Made by a program: the position numbers and the translations under genes
From: Ylistrum balloti
Taxonomy: Eukaryota
Direction of reading: 5' to 3'
Assembly: GCF_031769215.1 (NCBI RefSeq)
Contig: NW_026782170.1
Span: forward strand, 682,001-746,000
DNA: 64,000 nucleotides
In this document: piece by piece, positions 13,151-25,411 of the stretch
How the letters are laid out: each line of letters starts with the position of its first letter
Numbering within the stretch: the first letter of the stretch is position 1
The notes under the pieces: generated by a model
The model's input: only the letters and a program-made list of their open reading frames with translations
Databases searched by the model: none
Told to the model about the DNA's origin: nothing

Positions 13151-13969
13151 TCAACTCTTTTTCTTTCCGTCTGTTATATGACCATTTATTGATTTTGGCT
13201 TTTCGGCAATATAAGTTGTATAGAAGAAGTGAGCAAAGAGAATGAAATATGTCCCATACATAATCATTCCATACTGAATTGGCTGTTCCGTCTGGCTACA
13301 TTTAATACCCTGTTGATTCAGCTTGTGTGCAAAATAGGTGACAGCAAACCCAGTTACCATTTGTGTCAGCTGCAGTAATGTGATGATCATGCTCACAAAC
13401 TTGGGTACATGGAATTTCATCGCACGCAGTGCATAGTAACTGTACATAATGGAATGCACAGTGTAGTTCATCCCCATAAACCATCTTCCAAATCCCAGAT
13501 TTATTGGGTACATGTACCAGACGTAAATTAAAACAGTGATGTGATGATACCAGTGTAAGAATATAAGCTGTTGCTTTCTAAGAATAATGAAAATAGTGTC
13601 TCCAAGTTCATATACCTTCGAAAGTGCAAACATGAAACACCAGAACCCGGTCACGCCCTCGAAGTACGACGGGACACACAGCGAATACTCCATCCCATAA
13701 TCTCTTACGGAGGAAATCAATTCTGGGACAGTCCTAATTGCTCCAAATATACTAAATATACCCAGTATCGCACTCCAGGTGGCGAGGTAGGGTCTCAGAT
13801 CGTACCGAGGTCGATTCTCCATCCATTTCTTCCCACAGAACACGATGAGGACGTAGACGGTGGAATAAATGAAGCTGTCCGTCCAATGCCGCTTCATGTA
13901 ACCTTGGAACAAAGACTGGTCATACTTTTGTTCAAAATGGAACACAAACGAGTGGTTGTAGGCACCCAT
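13151..13969 (-). CDS. ELOVL6: Very-long-chain fatty acid elongase, ELOVL3/6 type, 272 aa, single coding exon
   Basis: Complete ATG..TGA ORF. It carries ELO-family motifs SKVYELGDT, FLHWYHH, MNYTVHSIMYSYY and TLLQLTQM, several hydrophobic helices and a C-terminal KKKS ER-retrieval signal. The HWYHH box is typical of the ELOVL3/6 clade. Confidence 0.93.
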   Translation of the reverse strand: MGAYNHSFVFHFEQKYDQSLFQGYMKRHWTDSFIYSTVYVLIVFCGKKWMENRPRYDLRPYLATWSAILGIFSIFGAIRTVPELISSVRDYGMEYSLCVPSYFEGVTGFWCFMFALSKVYELGDTIFIILRKQQLIFLHWYHHITVLIYVWYMYPINLGFGRWFMGMNYTVHSIMYSYYALRAMKFHVPKFVSMIITLLQLTQMVTGFAVTYFAHKLNQQGIKCSQTEQPIQYGMIMYGTYFILFAHFFYTTYIAEKPKSINGHITDGKKKS

Positions 13970-14176
13970 TTCCTCCGACTTTTCGTATGAAGTGTCGTTC
14001 TAACCTCCTTCGCCCTAGTTACTAAGATTATGACCACGAGGGTTCGCAATGTAGGGTGCCGGTGCGCTGTCAACAGCATGTATTAAAACCTTTGATTGGT
14101 TAGAAATATGAACTGAGCTATCGTAAGTAACCAATCAGAGGTTGTTATGCAAATAGACTTCATGATTCGAGAAAAA
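13970..14176. promoter_or_regulatory. Compact bidirectional promoter between ELOVL6 and TXNDC15, with two oppositely oriented CCAAT boxes
   Basis: Divergent ATGs at 13969 (-) and 14177 (+). ATTGG at 14095-14099 and CCAAT at 14131-14135 lie within a perfect 10-bp inverted repeat, tgattggtta / taaccaatca. Confidence 0.7.
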
Positions 14177-17100
14177 ATGGCCGTTCTAATGTGGACGTCA
14201 GGTTGTATATAACTATATAAATGTGTACTGGCACTTCAATACTATATGTGACAAAATCAGGTCAAATATGATTATAATTTAATTACCATGTGTTGATTTT
14301 AGCACTACAACACTGAATTGTAGCGCAGAAGCCACTAGAATGTAGATAGGATTTATTTTGCACTACGAGTTACCTCCCTTACACTTTCATTGACCATGGA
14401 TCATCTGCCTAAGATATAGTTACTAAAACTAGCTACTCACCCTACTAGACCTTATTTTCACACTTCTCATTTTCAAAAGACCTTCTAAGGCACCAGTGAT
14501 CCGCACTGTTCGCACCGTGCTTGGCACTTGCTGGACCGTCCCGTTGATTTTCTGAGTTCAATAATTTAATTGGAATACACCACGGGGGGAAGGGGCTTGT
14601 ATGCAAACTATACATTATCTATACTATGAAAGTGTAAAGAAAGCGCTATATTTTATATATTCTAATCCATATTCCCTATCCTCTCTATGACAGTTAAGCA
14701 TAATTTGTAGTGACCTATCTTAACTCAAATTTTTGATTTTGGTATTGGGCTTCATCTGTCATGGCTGGTTTTACAGGATTGGACAATAGCTGTCACACAG
14801 AAGTTCTAACTGAATCTCTACTAGGTGACATAATACCTGATATTTAATGGCATCTTTTCTCTTTATTTCCATCATTACAGCATCTTTCACAGTAAATTGA
14901 TGCATTTATACTTGAAGTACCCTCACTATCAAATGGAGTTTATTCTATCTCTCCATCACAGAAAGAACTTGTCCTCAAATTTTTGTTGGGGTAAATTCAT
15001 ATTCTTGTGGCATAAAACAAAGTATCTCCATGGGGAAATTTCAGGTCCCTTAAAGATGTACATTTCTTGGTGACTATGCATGAATAGAAATTCAGAAGGG
15101 ATATGGGGATGGTGAGCGATACCGGTCCCATGGGCCTCATGTTATTGCAGAAAGAATGTTTTTGTAACCAATCAATAATGTTCATGTATTTATTTTCAGG
15201 AATATTATTTTGCTTGTTGGCAAATACCATGGTTAATGCTGATATGCAAGACCAGGACAGGAAAAATTCTCAGGATTATATTGTACACCAGGAATCCATG
15301 AGCGAATCTCAAATTAGTTCTGAAAGTCCAAGGACAACATCGATGAATGATGTCAATTCAGATATGCATGGGAAAATTGACTTAACCTACAGTAAGGATG
15401 GGAACAGTGATCTTAATAATGATATTGTTGAACCCTCAAATTCTGAAGATGTAGATTTAGGGCAGACTTCCACATCACAACAAAGAAAAATTCCTGATAA
15501 GAAGGAAGAACCCATTGAAAGTCCTGAAGTTTCTGTTACAAACAAGAGGGAGGAGGTTGTGCATGTTTATCAAGAAGAGATTGAGGTTGTTAAAGATGAA
15601 AATGAGGTTCCATATGATAGTACAGAGGATGGAATGAAGGAGATAAAGGAAGCTGATGCAAGTGTTGAAAGTACAAACCAGAGTTATAGATACTTGTCAT
15701 TTGGAAACATTCTCAAAAGCATTGTAGACCCTGTGCTAGAAGGCAGTTCTGAAGTGTTGGCTGATATGCCATCCTTTGACAGTAATGACTCCTCTCTGAA
15801 TCCCACTCAAGTTGTGGAAAATACAACATTAGACAAATCTGTAGATGATGAAGAACTAACAAATAAAACAGATAAAAAGGTCAGGTTTCAGTGTAGTGGC
15901 AAGAACCTTACAGACACAAATGTAACTACTGAAACAGTAAAAATTGTTAACAATACAGGACTATTAAATGCACTTAACTTTGACAAGAATGAAAGTATAT
16001 CAGACTGTGTTCTGGTATTGTTTTTTGCCCCATGGTGCCCGTTTTGTGCCAAAATGGCACCAAACTACAATGCCTTAGCCAGAGCGTTCCCCCAACTTGA
16101 GGTGTTGGCTGTGGATGCTGCACAATTCAGCAAGTAAGTGTTTATTTGCCTTAGCCAGGGTGTATGATATAAGTTTGTGTGCCTGGATGCCACAGTGAAT
16201 AAATACATTCACCTTTCAACATAATGGCTGAAGAATTTTGGTGTTTGGTTTCCTTCCATAGCGAGACTCTGAGACTCGTGTTTACTCCCACACTAACAGC
16301 TGTTGTAAAAAAATCTTCATTATGGGTTATTAAGTTAATAAGCTTATGTCTATGGAATGGAAATCTCTGCATGCTTCATACAATCCCCTTTTTAATAGTA
16401 TTTGAGAAAGCAAGGGAGTTAAGATATTTAAAATAAAAAATGAGAATTATTTGTCTGATCATGATAAAATCATTTGCTTTCTATAGTATCATTTGAAGTT
16501 GCTTACTAAATTCTGTAAGCTTACCCATATGTTATAATAAACATTATTTTAATTTTCCTTCATGTACTGATTTTGTTGAAATCTTGTTAGGTTACCTGTC
16601 GGGAAGGCTTTGTAAGTTTTATGTTGAAGAATAATCATTCTAGATATGGAGAAATCATTTTTATTGAATTACATATACTTCAGGGTTAAGGGAATTTATC
16701 CGTAAAAATAAATGGAGAGTATTGGTCTTTAGTTGCAAAAGGTTGTACAAAATGGAAAATGTTAGTTTATAGTGTATTGTGTTAAAAGTTTTGACAGATT
16801 AATCAACTTGGCATCCATTGTCAGGAATATCACTCATATGCTTAACTGCTTTTGTAGTGTTAAATACACATATGTATTACAATTAAGTGAAAATATTTAT
16901 TCACAAATATGAATGTCAATGCACTTAGATCTGTCACTCCCCTGTAATGAGGAGATAGATTATTTGAAATTTCTGATGAGGAATAATGCTCTGAAAAATG
17001 TTATTATTGAAGAATGTATGTATGTTTTCAGTATGATAATGAGATGAAATTTGTTATCAATTACAATTTCTTAGGCTGAGCTACTGGATCATATATGTGG

Positions 17101-17890
17101 TCAAAATGTGGAAAGTGATCTAACATATCTCTTTCAGATGTCTGATACATGTATAGTGCATAGGTATAACTAAATGCAGCTGAGTAACTTATCTACCAAA
17201 TTATTCCTTTCAGTCTTAATGCAAGGTTTGGAACTGTGTTGGTGCCTAACATTCTGCTGTTTCACCAGTCCAGGGCATTAGTCCGCTTTAACCAGACAGA
17301 CAAAAGTTTTGACAATTTGGCATCGTTTGTCAGGAATATTACAGGTTTGTTAAGTTGCCTTTGTCTTTGTAGCAATACATGAATAAAAATTAAGTCGTAG
17401 GAACATTAAGTAAAATATAGCTGTAGCTGCCAGCAAGCAGGAATTGGCATTGTTCATTTCATTCTACAGTATCAGTCAGTAAGTAACAACACAGATGTTA
17501 GAAACTTTTAAGACAACCTTGATGCAGCAATTTTATCAAAACACACTAAGCAGCATCTCCTGTTGACAACACTTTTGATGCCAAAATTTCAGGTAGCATA
17601 CTGCAGACATTTATAAAATTTATTAATGATTGTAAAATTTTCATGGTTGATTTGATTTTCATCTCCTTTTGCTGACAGGTTTGGAGCCGAACACTTCGGT
17701 GAATGTTACAGATGAGGATTATGATGGGCCCCTGTCCAGTATACCAACAGAGGAGTCAGATTATTTACTGTGGGTTGCATGGCTTTTTGTCCTTACCTTC
17801 ACCTGTATTGTTTTTGTCCAATCTGCCTATGGCCAGCAGTGTATCACTAAGGTACGCATACTCTGGCAGGAACATCAGCATATAGACTGA
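14177..17890 (+). CDS. TXNDC15: Thioredoxin domain-containing protein 15 (signal peptide, acidic linker, Trx fold, C-terminal TM helix), 433 aa
   Basis: Exons 14177-14201, 15200-16133, 17214-17344 and 17679-17890 join in frame with GT-AG introns (1302 nt). Diagnostic segments: LVLFFAPWCPFCAKMAPNYNALARAFP, RFGTVLVPNILLF, RFNQTD, GPLSS and a C-terminal TM helix. Exon 1 (MAVLMWTS-G) completes a signal peptide and is the least certain exon (GTTGTA donor). Confidence 0.9.
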
Positions 17891-18466
17891 CCCTCCAGTG
17901 GTCAAGGAAGTCTAGGAAAGTACATGGTGCTTGCCATGTATACATGGAAACCAACACAGATATACTGCCCAGTGGTCACTAGAGATCAAATCTCTGTTTA
18001 CAGTACATGTATTAGTAAGTTAGCAGAGATACCAATGATGAATGACACGAGATGGCAGAGACACCATCCATGGCCAGCACTCATTATCATTCAAAGATGG
18101 TAAAAAATAATGACCATGCAACACTGTAGCCTTAAATCAGTGTGCCTCTAATATGGAAAAGTTACCTTGGCTGCAAATAAACTGTAGATACATTGATAAG
18201 AGGTCAATAACAAATATTGAAAACTGAAACAACATTTGAAAGTGATGTACTGCTTTGAAAAAAACCAATGTGATATCTGTACTGAACAGTCAGCTGCAGT
18301 GAAAAATCACACTGCCTGTGACGATCAAAATAATCTATGATTGTGGTGTCTAATATTCCAGCACAGTACATAAATTCCTGATAATTCTATATCTTCTCTG
18401 GAATTGTAAATGTACAAATTCAATGGATTACTGTTCAAGATTACAAACTTTTATTACATGTGCAAT

Positions 18467-19140
18467 TTCTTAGGTCACCTGAAACAAAGTCTCATGGTTG
18501 ACCTATTGCGATCACCTTCATCTGACATTTTGAACTTCTCAAAAACGTCTCAACCGATTTCAATGAAATTTTGTAGAAACCTTCCCTGGCCTAAGATGAA
18601 GCAAAGTAGTGAGATGGGGCAAAAGGTGTCAAATTTACTTAAATTTCAAAAATCTTCTTCTCAACACCCAGATACGGTAGTATCGAATGCTCTTCATGGA
18701 TAGATGCGTCTTAGGTGATTTACCAAAAGCTGTGAATTTCATGGCTCCAAGGTCTTACATTTCCCTATTGGGAGGGGGTAAAGTTTACTTTAGTTTATAA
18801 AGTAAATATAGATTTTTGAGTATAATTTGTGTAATTTACATTGGAAATATTTCAAACGGGTAGAATTATGAATAAAGGATGACAGCTAAATGGTAAGAAT
18901 AGATTGATCCTAACTGACCCCTAGGGGCTGTTGGACAGGGCCAGTTTGGGTCAAATTGACTTAAACTTCAAAAATCTTCTCAACACCCAGGTATGGTCGA
19001 ATCAAATACTCATCTAGGATGAAAGCGTCTTAAGGTGCCTTAACTACCAAAATGGCTCTCATTTCTTCCTGGAGTGGCGATTAACTTTACTATAATTTAT
19101 ATCGAAAAATAGCATTTTTGATCATAACGTTGTTTATTTC
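18467..19140 (-). mobile_element. Helentron/HINE-like element, reverse orientation, same family as 1839-2460
   Basis: Begins ttaggtcacctgaaacaaagtctcatggttgacctattgcgatc, close to the reverse complement of the 3' end at 2415-2460. It contains two diverged internal repeats (cttaaatttcaaaaatcttc..caacacccag at ~18638 and ~18960). The right boundary is approximate. Confidence 0.65.
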
Positions 19141-20135
19141 TCACTGGAAAAATTATTAGTATAGGCTGAAAGTTTTGATGGTATGCATGTATTGACACTG
19201 GTTTACTATCATCAGTGTCACAATTTCTTTTTCATGACTCTTGAAAGTTACTTTCCCTTTCACCTTTATATTCAATGTTACTCAGATGAATTCATAAACA
19301 AATGTATTTATGATTTTCAATGAGAAATAATTGAATGGCTGCCATATTCTATATGATTTTTGAGATGTCAAAGCTTATGTTGTCAAAATGTATGTTAACT
19401 GTAAGATGCACTTACCGTAAGTAAAAATATGATTTAAAAAATTTAAAAAGTTTAATCATCCAGGTGAGATTGATGAGTAAGGTAGGTTGAAATCAATTGG
19501 CTAGTTCCATGTTTCAGCTGAAAGATCAAACTTATAGAATAATAAAGGTATTTATGTATTAGTGTAAGACGAGTAGGTTTCCTATACTGTTCTATAGCTT
19601 CTACAACATCAGTAGGACAGCAGACATCAGAGTACATTTTGTAATAAAACTTATATTCACTTTGATATGATAGTCAGATCAAGCTATAAGGCTGTGATAT
19701 ATTTGTTACTGTTGTCTGCACTTCTTCATTCCTGTCATTTAGTTCTTGGTTACATCTCAGAAGGAAACACAACTTTGTTCAACTTACAACAAACTTATAT
19801 CTCTGACTCCACAGTCATATAGACATGGTGCTATCTAATTGCATAAGTTTGAAGACACGCAGGATAACTTTATTCACAAAGTCATAATAAACGTTTTGTA
19901 ACAAACATGATGTCAGCTTCTATTACACAGTTGTAGTCCCGACAATTTCACATTTGGGTATAAATGATACTTTTACATTAATATAGTCAAAATTTGTTTA
20001 AAGTCATTTAATGGTTGTTTTTTACATGTGATGTAAATGCATTAGGACCACAGAGAAACATAAGTCTCCTATGAGTATTTATTAAGCAAATTAGTCATTG
20101 TTAAGTATCGCTGAAAAGGTATGTAAAGGGTTTAA

Positions 20136-21310
20136 ATGTGTTTGATGGTTATTTGTATTTGATGTTTATATGTGTTAGATGGTTATTAATATTCAATAGC
20201 TTTAAAAGTGTTAGATGGTTATTTGTATTCGTTAGGTCTAAATGTGTTAGATGGTTATTTGTATTCGTTAGGTCTAAATGTGTTGGATGATTATTTGTAT
20301 TCGTTAGGTCTAAATGTGTTGGATGGTTATTTGTATTCTTTAGGTCTAAAAGTGTTAGATGGTTATTTGTATTCGTTAGGTCTAAATGTGTTGGATGGTT
20401 ATTTGTATTCGTTAGGTCTAAATGTGTTGGATGGTTATTTGTATTCTTTAGGTCTAAATGTGTTGGATGGTTATTTGTATTCGTTAGGTCTAAATGTGTT
20501 GGATGGTTATTTGTATTCGTTAGGTCTAAATGTGTTGGATGGTTATTTGTATTCGTTAGGTCTAAATGTGTTGGATGGTTATTTGTATTCGTTAGGTCTA
20601 AATGTGTTGGATGGTTATTTGTATTCTTTAGGTCTAAATGTGTTGGATGGTTATTTGTATTCGTTAGGTCTAAATGTGTTGGATGGTTATTTGTATTCGT
20701 TAGGTCTAAATGTGTTGGATGGTTATTTGTATTCGTTAGGTCTAAATGTGTTGGATGGTTATTTGTATTCGTTAGGTCTAAATGTGTTGGATGGTTATTT
20801 GTATTCTTTAGGTCTAAATGTGTTGGATGGTTATTTGTATTCTTTAGGTCTAAATGTGTTGGATGGTTATTTGTATTCTTTAGGTCTAAATGTGTTGGAT
20901 GGTTATTTGTATTCTTTAGGTCTAAATGTGTTGGATGGTTATTTGTATTCTTTAGGTCTAAATGTGTTGGATGATTATTTGTATTCGTTAGGTCTAAATG
21001 TGTTGGATGGTTATTTGTATTCTTTAGGTCTAAATGTGTTGGATGGTTATTTGTATTCGTTAGGTCTAAATGTGTTGGATGGTTATTTGTATTCGTTAGG
21101 TCTAAATGTGTTGGATGGTTATTTGTATTCGTTAGGTCTAAATGTGTTGGATGGTTATTTGTATTCGTTAGGTCTAAATGTGTTGGATGGTTATTTGTAT
21201 TCGTTAGGTCTAAATGTGTTGGATGGTTATTTGTATTCGTTAGGTCTAAATGTGTTGGATGGTTATTTGTATTCGTTAGGTCTAAATGTGTTGGATGGTT
21301 ATTTGTATAT
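20136..21310. repeat. 36-bp tandem repeat, ~31 copies plus degenerate left flank
   Basis: Unit ttggatggttatttgtattc(g/t)ttaggtctaaatgtg. The 12-aa periodicity of the 371-aa and 411-aa ORFs confirms the 36-bp period. Confidence 0.97.
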
Positions 21311-24300
21311 GTTAGTATGTTAATTAAACTTGCCCTTTTGTTCTGACTATGAAAAATTATATCAACATATAAATGTTTGAACACATCTCTACTTTATTTC
21401 ACTTTATTTTTTGTATATATGTGAAAGTAATGGATATGTCTGAAAGGTTTTATGATCTTAAAAATCAATAAACAAGTTGTCACCAAATCCCTCATTTCCT
21501 GCTTGTAAAGCATACATTTTCGGTTACCATATACAAATGTTTTGCTGTGACTACCTAGTACCAAACTTTTCATTGAACTTTAAAAAGTTGCAGATATGCT
21601 TTAGATGTGTTCAGTTCATGGAAGTTAAGGTACATAGATCACACTACTGTCTAATACATTATTATTGTCTTTATTACAGTACAGTACTTTCATTTGAATC
21701 GTTGATATGTTGCTTGTGGATATACAATTCTTATATACTTGTTCTTGTGTGAAGAAACCAGTCTTGTTTATAGTTGCAGAAATAACAACATTATGATGTT
21801 GCATGTTATTAATATATGTGATTTGTAAATGCTACATTTTCTTTAAACATATTAAAGAACCTGCTCTCAATAAAGCAGAGTAAGATTTTCAAAACTTATC
21901 ATTTTTCTTTGCAAGTAGGAATGCAAGTTTTCAATCAAAACAATGAAGGGTATATTTGATTTCCTTTAAAATTTAACTGAAAGGATTTTTTTGTCATTTT
22001 TTATGGAAGTGACCAAGTGAAGTAATAATGGTGATACATGTACAATTGAAACTTGGCGATCTACATATCTTTTTGACTGACCCAAATGTGATAAAATTTT
22101 GATATCAATGTGACATATTGCTATTACGGTATATTATAAAGTTACTCTTCTTTATTAATTTGACCCATTGCCAGGGCCACAATTGGGAATTTCTGTCGAA
22201 AACCTTTTTTGAAAGGATGATTTGTACATGAAGCCATAAAACAAAGTCCTCTCCAGACTGTGTATGGAATAAAACATATGTAGCACTGAAGGTAAAGATT
22301 TATTCCTAGTCAAAATCAGTACATGTACATACACAATGACTCAAAGATGTTTCTGTATCCTCTTGGTTAACAAGAGTAAATAACAAATTAAAAAAATGAA
22401 GTACATTTATATTTTATTCTGGTTTGCTTCAATATTTGTACATTATATTTGCATCTTTTATAACTGTGTGAATGTCTTTATAAACCTGTACATAAAAGAG
22501 TACGGGACTAATCATAATGGCAAAAAAATCAATATGGCATTAGGTTTTGTATAATGTATGTAAACTTTAAAATCCATTATCAATGACATAGAAATGAGAG
22601 TATTCTGAAATAAGAACCACAAATGACATCAATATTCATTTCAATATTATTTAAAACCCTAAATGGCCAAATTTTTTTCCGGTATAGCATGCTTGTTTTT
22701 TGATATATGGACAGTTACATTAATTTCAGCAATAGATCAACTACTATACCATGAGAAAGTTCATTTCAACATATGGGTCTGCAGCAGTAACTTCAAATAT
22801 ACTTTCACATATACAAATGTCAATGTAAGGGAAAAATAATAGAATTCCAGAACTGCATAATTTCCGATATCTACTTATATAAGCAAGGATTCCAAATAAA
22901 AACCCTTTAATGGTACTGACAAGTTTTGAAGATGACCCTTTTCCTATTTATAGACTCAAGCCCCTCTGTTTCTATAACATTATGTTCATTTGTTTACACA
23001 AATTTACAGCAAATTTGGTAAAAATTCCTTCATCAGTTCTAGACAAGTAGGATTTTTTTGGAGCCAGAGAAATGAAAGAGGATGTGACACAACATGTTTT
23101 GAATACAAATGATTCCCTTTTCCAACTTGAATATTTGCAAGAAGGAAATTTCATAGCTGGTGATATTTTGTAGTAACAACTAAATTGCAAACATTCAGCT
23201 TGCAGGGATATATGCTTAATTGTTTGAACTTCATGAATACATTGCATTAGTTAAATTGATTTACTGCTTTCTGGTGCAATGCACAATAAAAGGTATGATG
23301 ATGTAATTGGTGATTACATCTATGGTCATAAGGTGTTAAGCTCATGACAATTTGGTGTAAGGGCCAAAATATTGTAGTAATCCTGTAAAAAGCTCAAATG
23401 ACATTCAGAAAAATATAGCGAGACTCAGAAATGTCAAGGAATGTATGCCTCACTTTAATTACCTACATCATTGATCCAATGAAAAGTGATATATGCACAA
23501 TACCTGCTAAAGTTTCCTTTCAGTGGTTTTAGCTTGTGATACAGATAATTGGGATGGAGTTAACAAAGTAGTACTTAGAAAATAGTAGCAATGTATCCAT
23601 GATATAATATTAAAGAAATTATAATCATGGTGGAATTTTTAAGGCACTTTAGGATTTAACCTTTACTGGAGTACGTTTTTGGTCATAACAAAATATGAAA
23701 AGTGAACACAAGTGAAAAAACAAGATTACATACATTTGTATGCATTGTCATGAAAACATGTATTGTCATTAAGAATTTTACAAATATCAGAAAAATATAT
23801 GGAATATCAATGATATTTTTTGATGATACAAGAATTATATACCATTTATAAATTGTAGTTCTGCAATTAGAAGTTGTTTTCCATTAAAATACATTGTTTG
23901 ACTTTCTTGATTGTGCTACACAAAAAATGTGACAGGAGTACATTAAATTATGGAACAAATATATATCCAACCATCATAATGATTTCTACATTGTGAGAAT
24001 TGCTTATCTTATTCACATCCATCTCCAAAAAGCAAAAAGCACAAAACATTTATCTTAAGAGAGATCATAAAGTGAGTAAACCCTGTATACCACATTGCAT
24101 TTCCAGGACTTGCAATGCATGATGCCTGATTTTAATCTCCCCCATCCCATTCCGCACCTCTCTTCATTTTCATAATAGCTCAAACACTGTACTTTATGTT
24201 GGATTTCATATGATACACTCTTTGACAGACAGATGCTTGTCATGTCTCTGCCACAAGTACTGTACATCAACCAGAGATGTATATAACATGCTATGTGTGT

Positions 24301-24698
24301 ACATGTACATCTCTAACATCAATATACAAAGCAGGTGTTTCATTTCCACATTCATATGGAGTTATGTCTGGAATTTTCCATAGGTATTATATAAAAAAAA
24401 TCTTATATTATAGTATACAATTTGTGAACAGTACAGTGCATATTTCAAGGTGAATGATATTTATTTGAAATTCATCCATTCAAACCTAGTTAACCAATGA
24501 AGTTGAATTAAGTCCAGCAACTAGAAAGTTAGAACTAGGAAGACAACTTGGTCCAGCCAACAACAGCACTGTCCAGCATCACAAAAAAAAACATACTAGC
24601 TAAACTTCTTTTGATGAAATACTACTGAAAAGTTCCTTGTAATCACATACAAACACATTGAAAATCCTGATAATAAGAGGGAGTGATGAAAAACATGT

Positions 24699-24776
24699 TC
24701 TACCCCTGTTGGAATTCGAACTAGGGATTCTTCAACCTCCAGCCAGATACTATACCTCTTCACTAAAGAGGATAGA
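24699..24776 (-). pseudogene. Degenerate tRNA-like sequence (SINE head or tRNA pseudogene fragment)
   Basis: On the minus strand there is an A-box-like tagtgaagaggt and a B-box gttcgaattcc at tRNA-like spacing. The acceptor and anticodon stems do not pair well, so it is not called a functional tRNA. Confidence 0.45.
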
Positions 24777-25411
24777 AAAGTGACATGTTCTTTAAACTAA
24801 AAGAGTATACAGAAAAAGACAAAAACAAGTTTTAAAACCTCACCAGAATTCAAACATTTTCAGAAACTGAGACATTACTGGCTGCAATGGTTTAGCTGAA
24901 ACTTTGGAAAGGATAAAATATCAGAATTAAACTGATAACTATCCAATATTAGCACTGACAATTATGGGTATTGTATGAAATACATAATGCCATTTTAATA
25001 CGTATCTACAAAAAGTGTATCACTAATTTGAATAAATGATTTATTCCTCAATGAAAATTTAGCTATATCATTCAATAAAGAATTATATGCATTCATTAAT
25101 TATTCTTAATTAAATTCATATCAATCTATTAAATAATATTGTTAATTTGTATTGAAATAATGATATATGTATCATTAATTTGAATGAGTGATATCACTTA
25201 ATTAAAATTTTGTGTTATCATTAAAAAGATTGATATCTGGATCAAATGCCTCCAAAAAGTTGAGAATGTAAAACACCTTTATTGTATCATTGCTTACACA
25301 TGTATACTATGTGTAAATCTACAAAAATGTCAAGCCACATCTATACAGTAAATGAGTATCTATTGGTAAATTATATAAGTATGGATATATGCCAGTCTGG
25401 CCCTTTAGTGT

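Noticed and set aside
13148-13153. Stop-codon readthrough or selenocysteine at TGA stops (ELOVL6, TXNDC15, USO1)
   Set aside because: The ELOVL6 TGA is followed directly by TAG, the other stops lack a CUAG readthrough context, and I saw no SECIS-like element.
13302-14079. Overlapping ORFs 13571-13990 (+), 13302-13484 (-) and 13894-14079 (-)
   Set aside because: These are shadow frames of the relatively GC-rich ELOVL6 CDS and promoter with no recognisable product.
15103-15199. ATG at 15103 as the TXNDC15 start
   Set aside because: A strong acceptor (tattttcag, 15199) lies inside this stretch, and exon 14177-14201 supplies an in-phase, better signal peptide.
20149-21384. 411-aa (-) and 371-aa (+) ORFs as repeat proteins
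   Set aside because: Both are by-products of a 36-bp stop-free unit, start at GTG rather than ATG, and have no unique domain or splice context.
24699-24776. Functional tRNA gene
   Set aside because: The B box is good but the acceptor, D and anticodon stems do not form; it is better explained as a SINE head or pseudogene.
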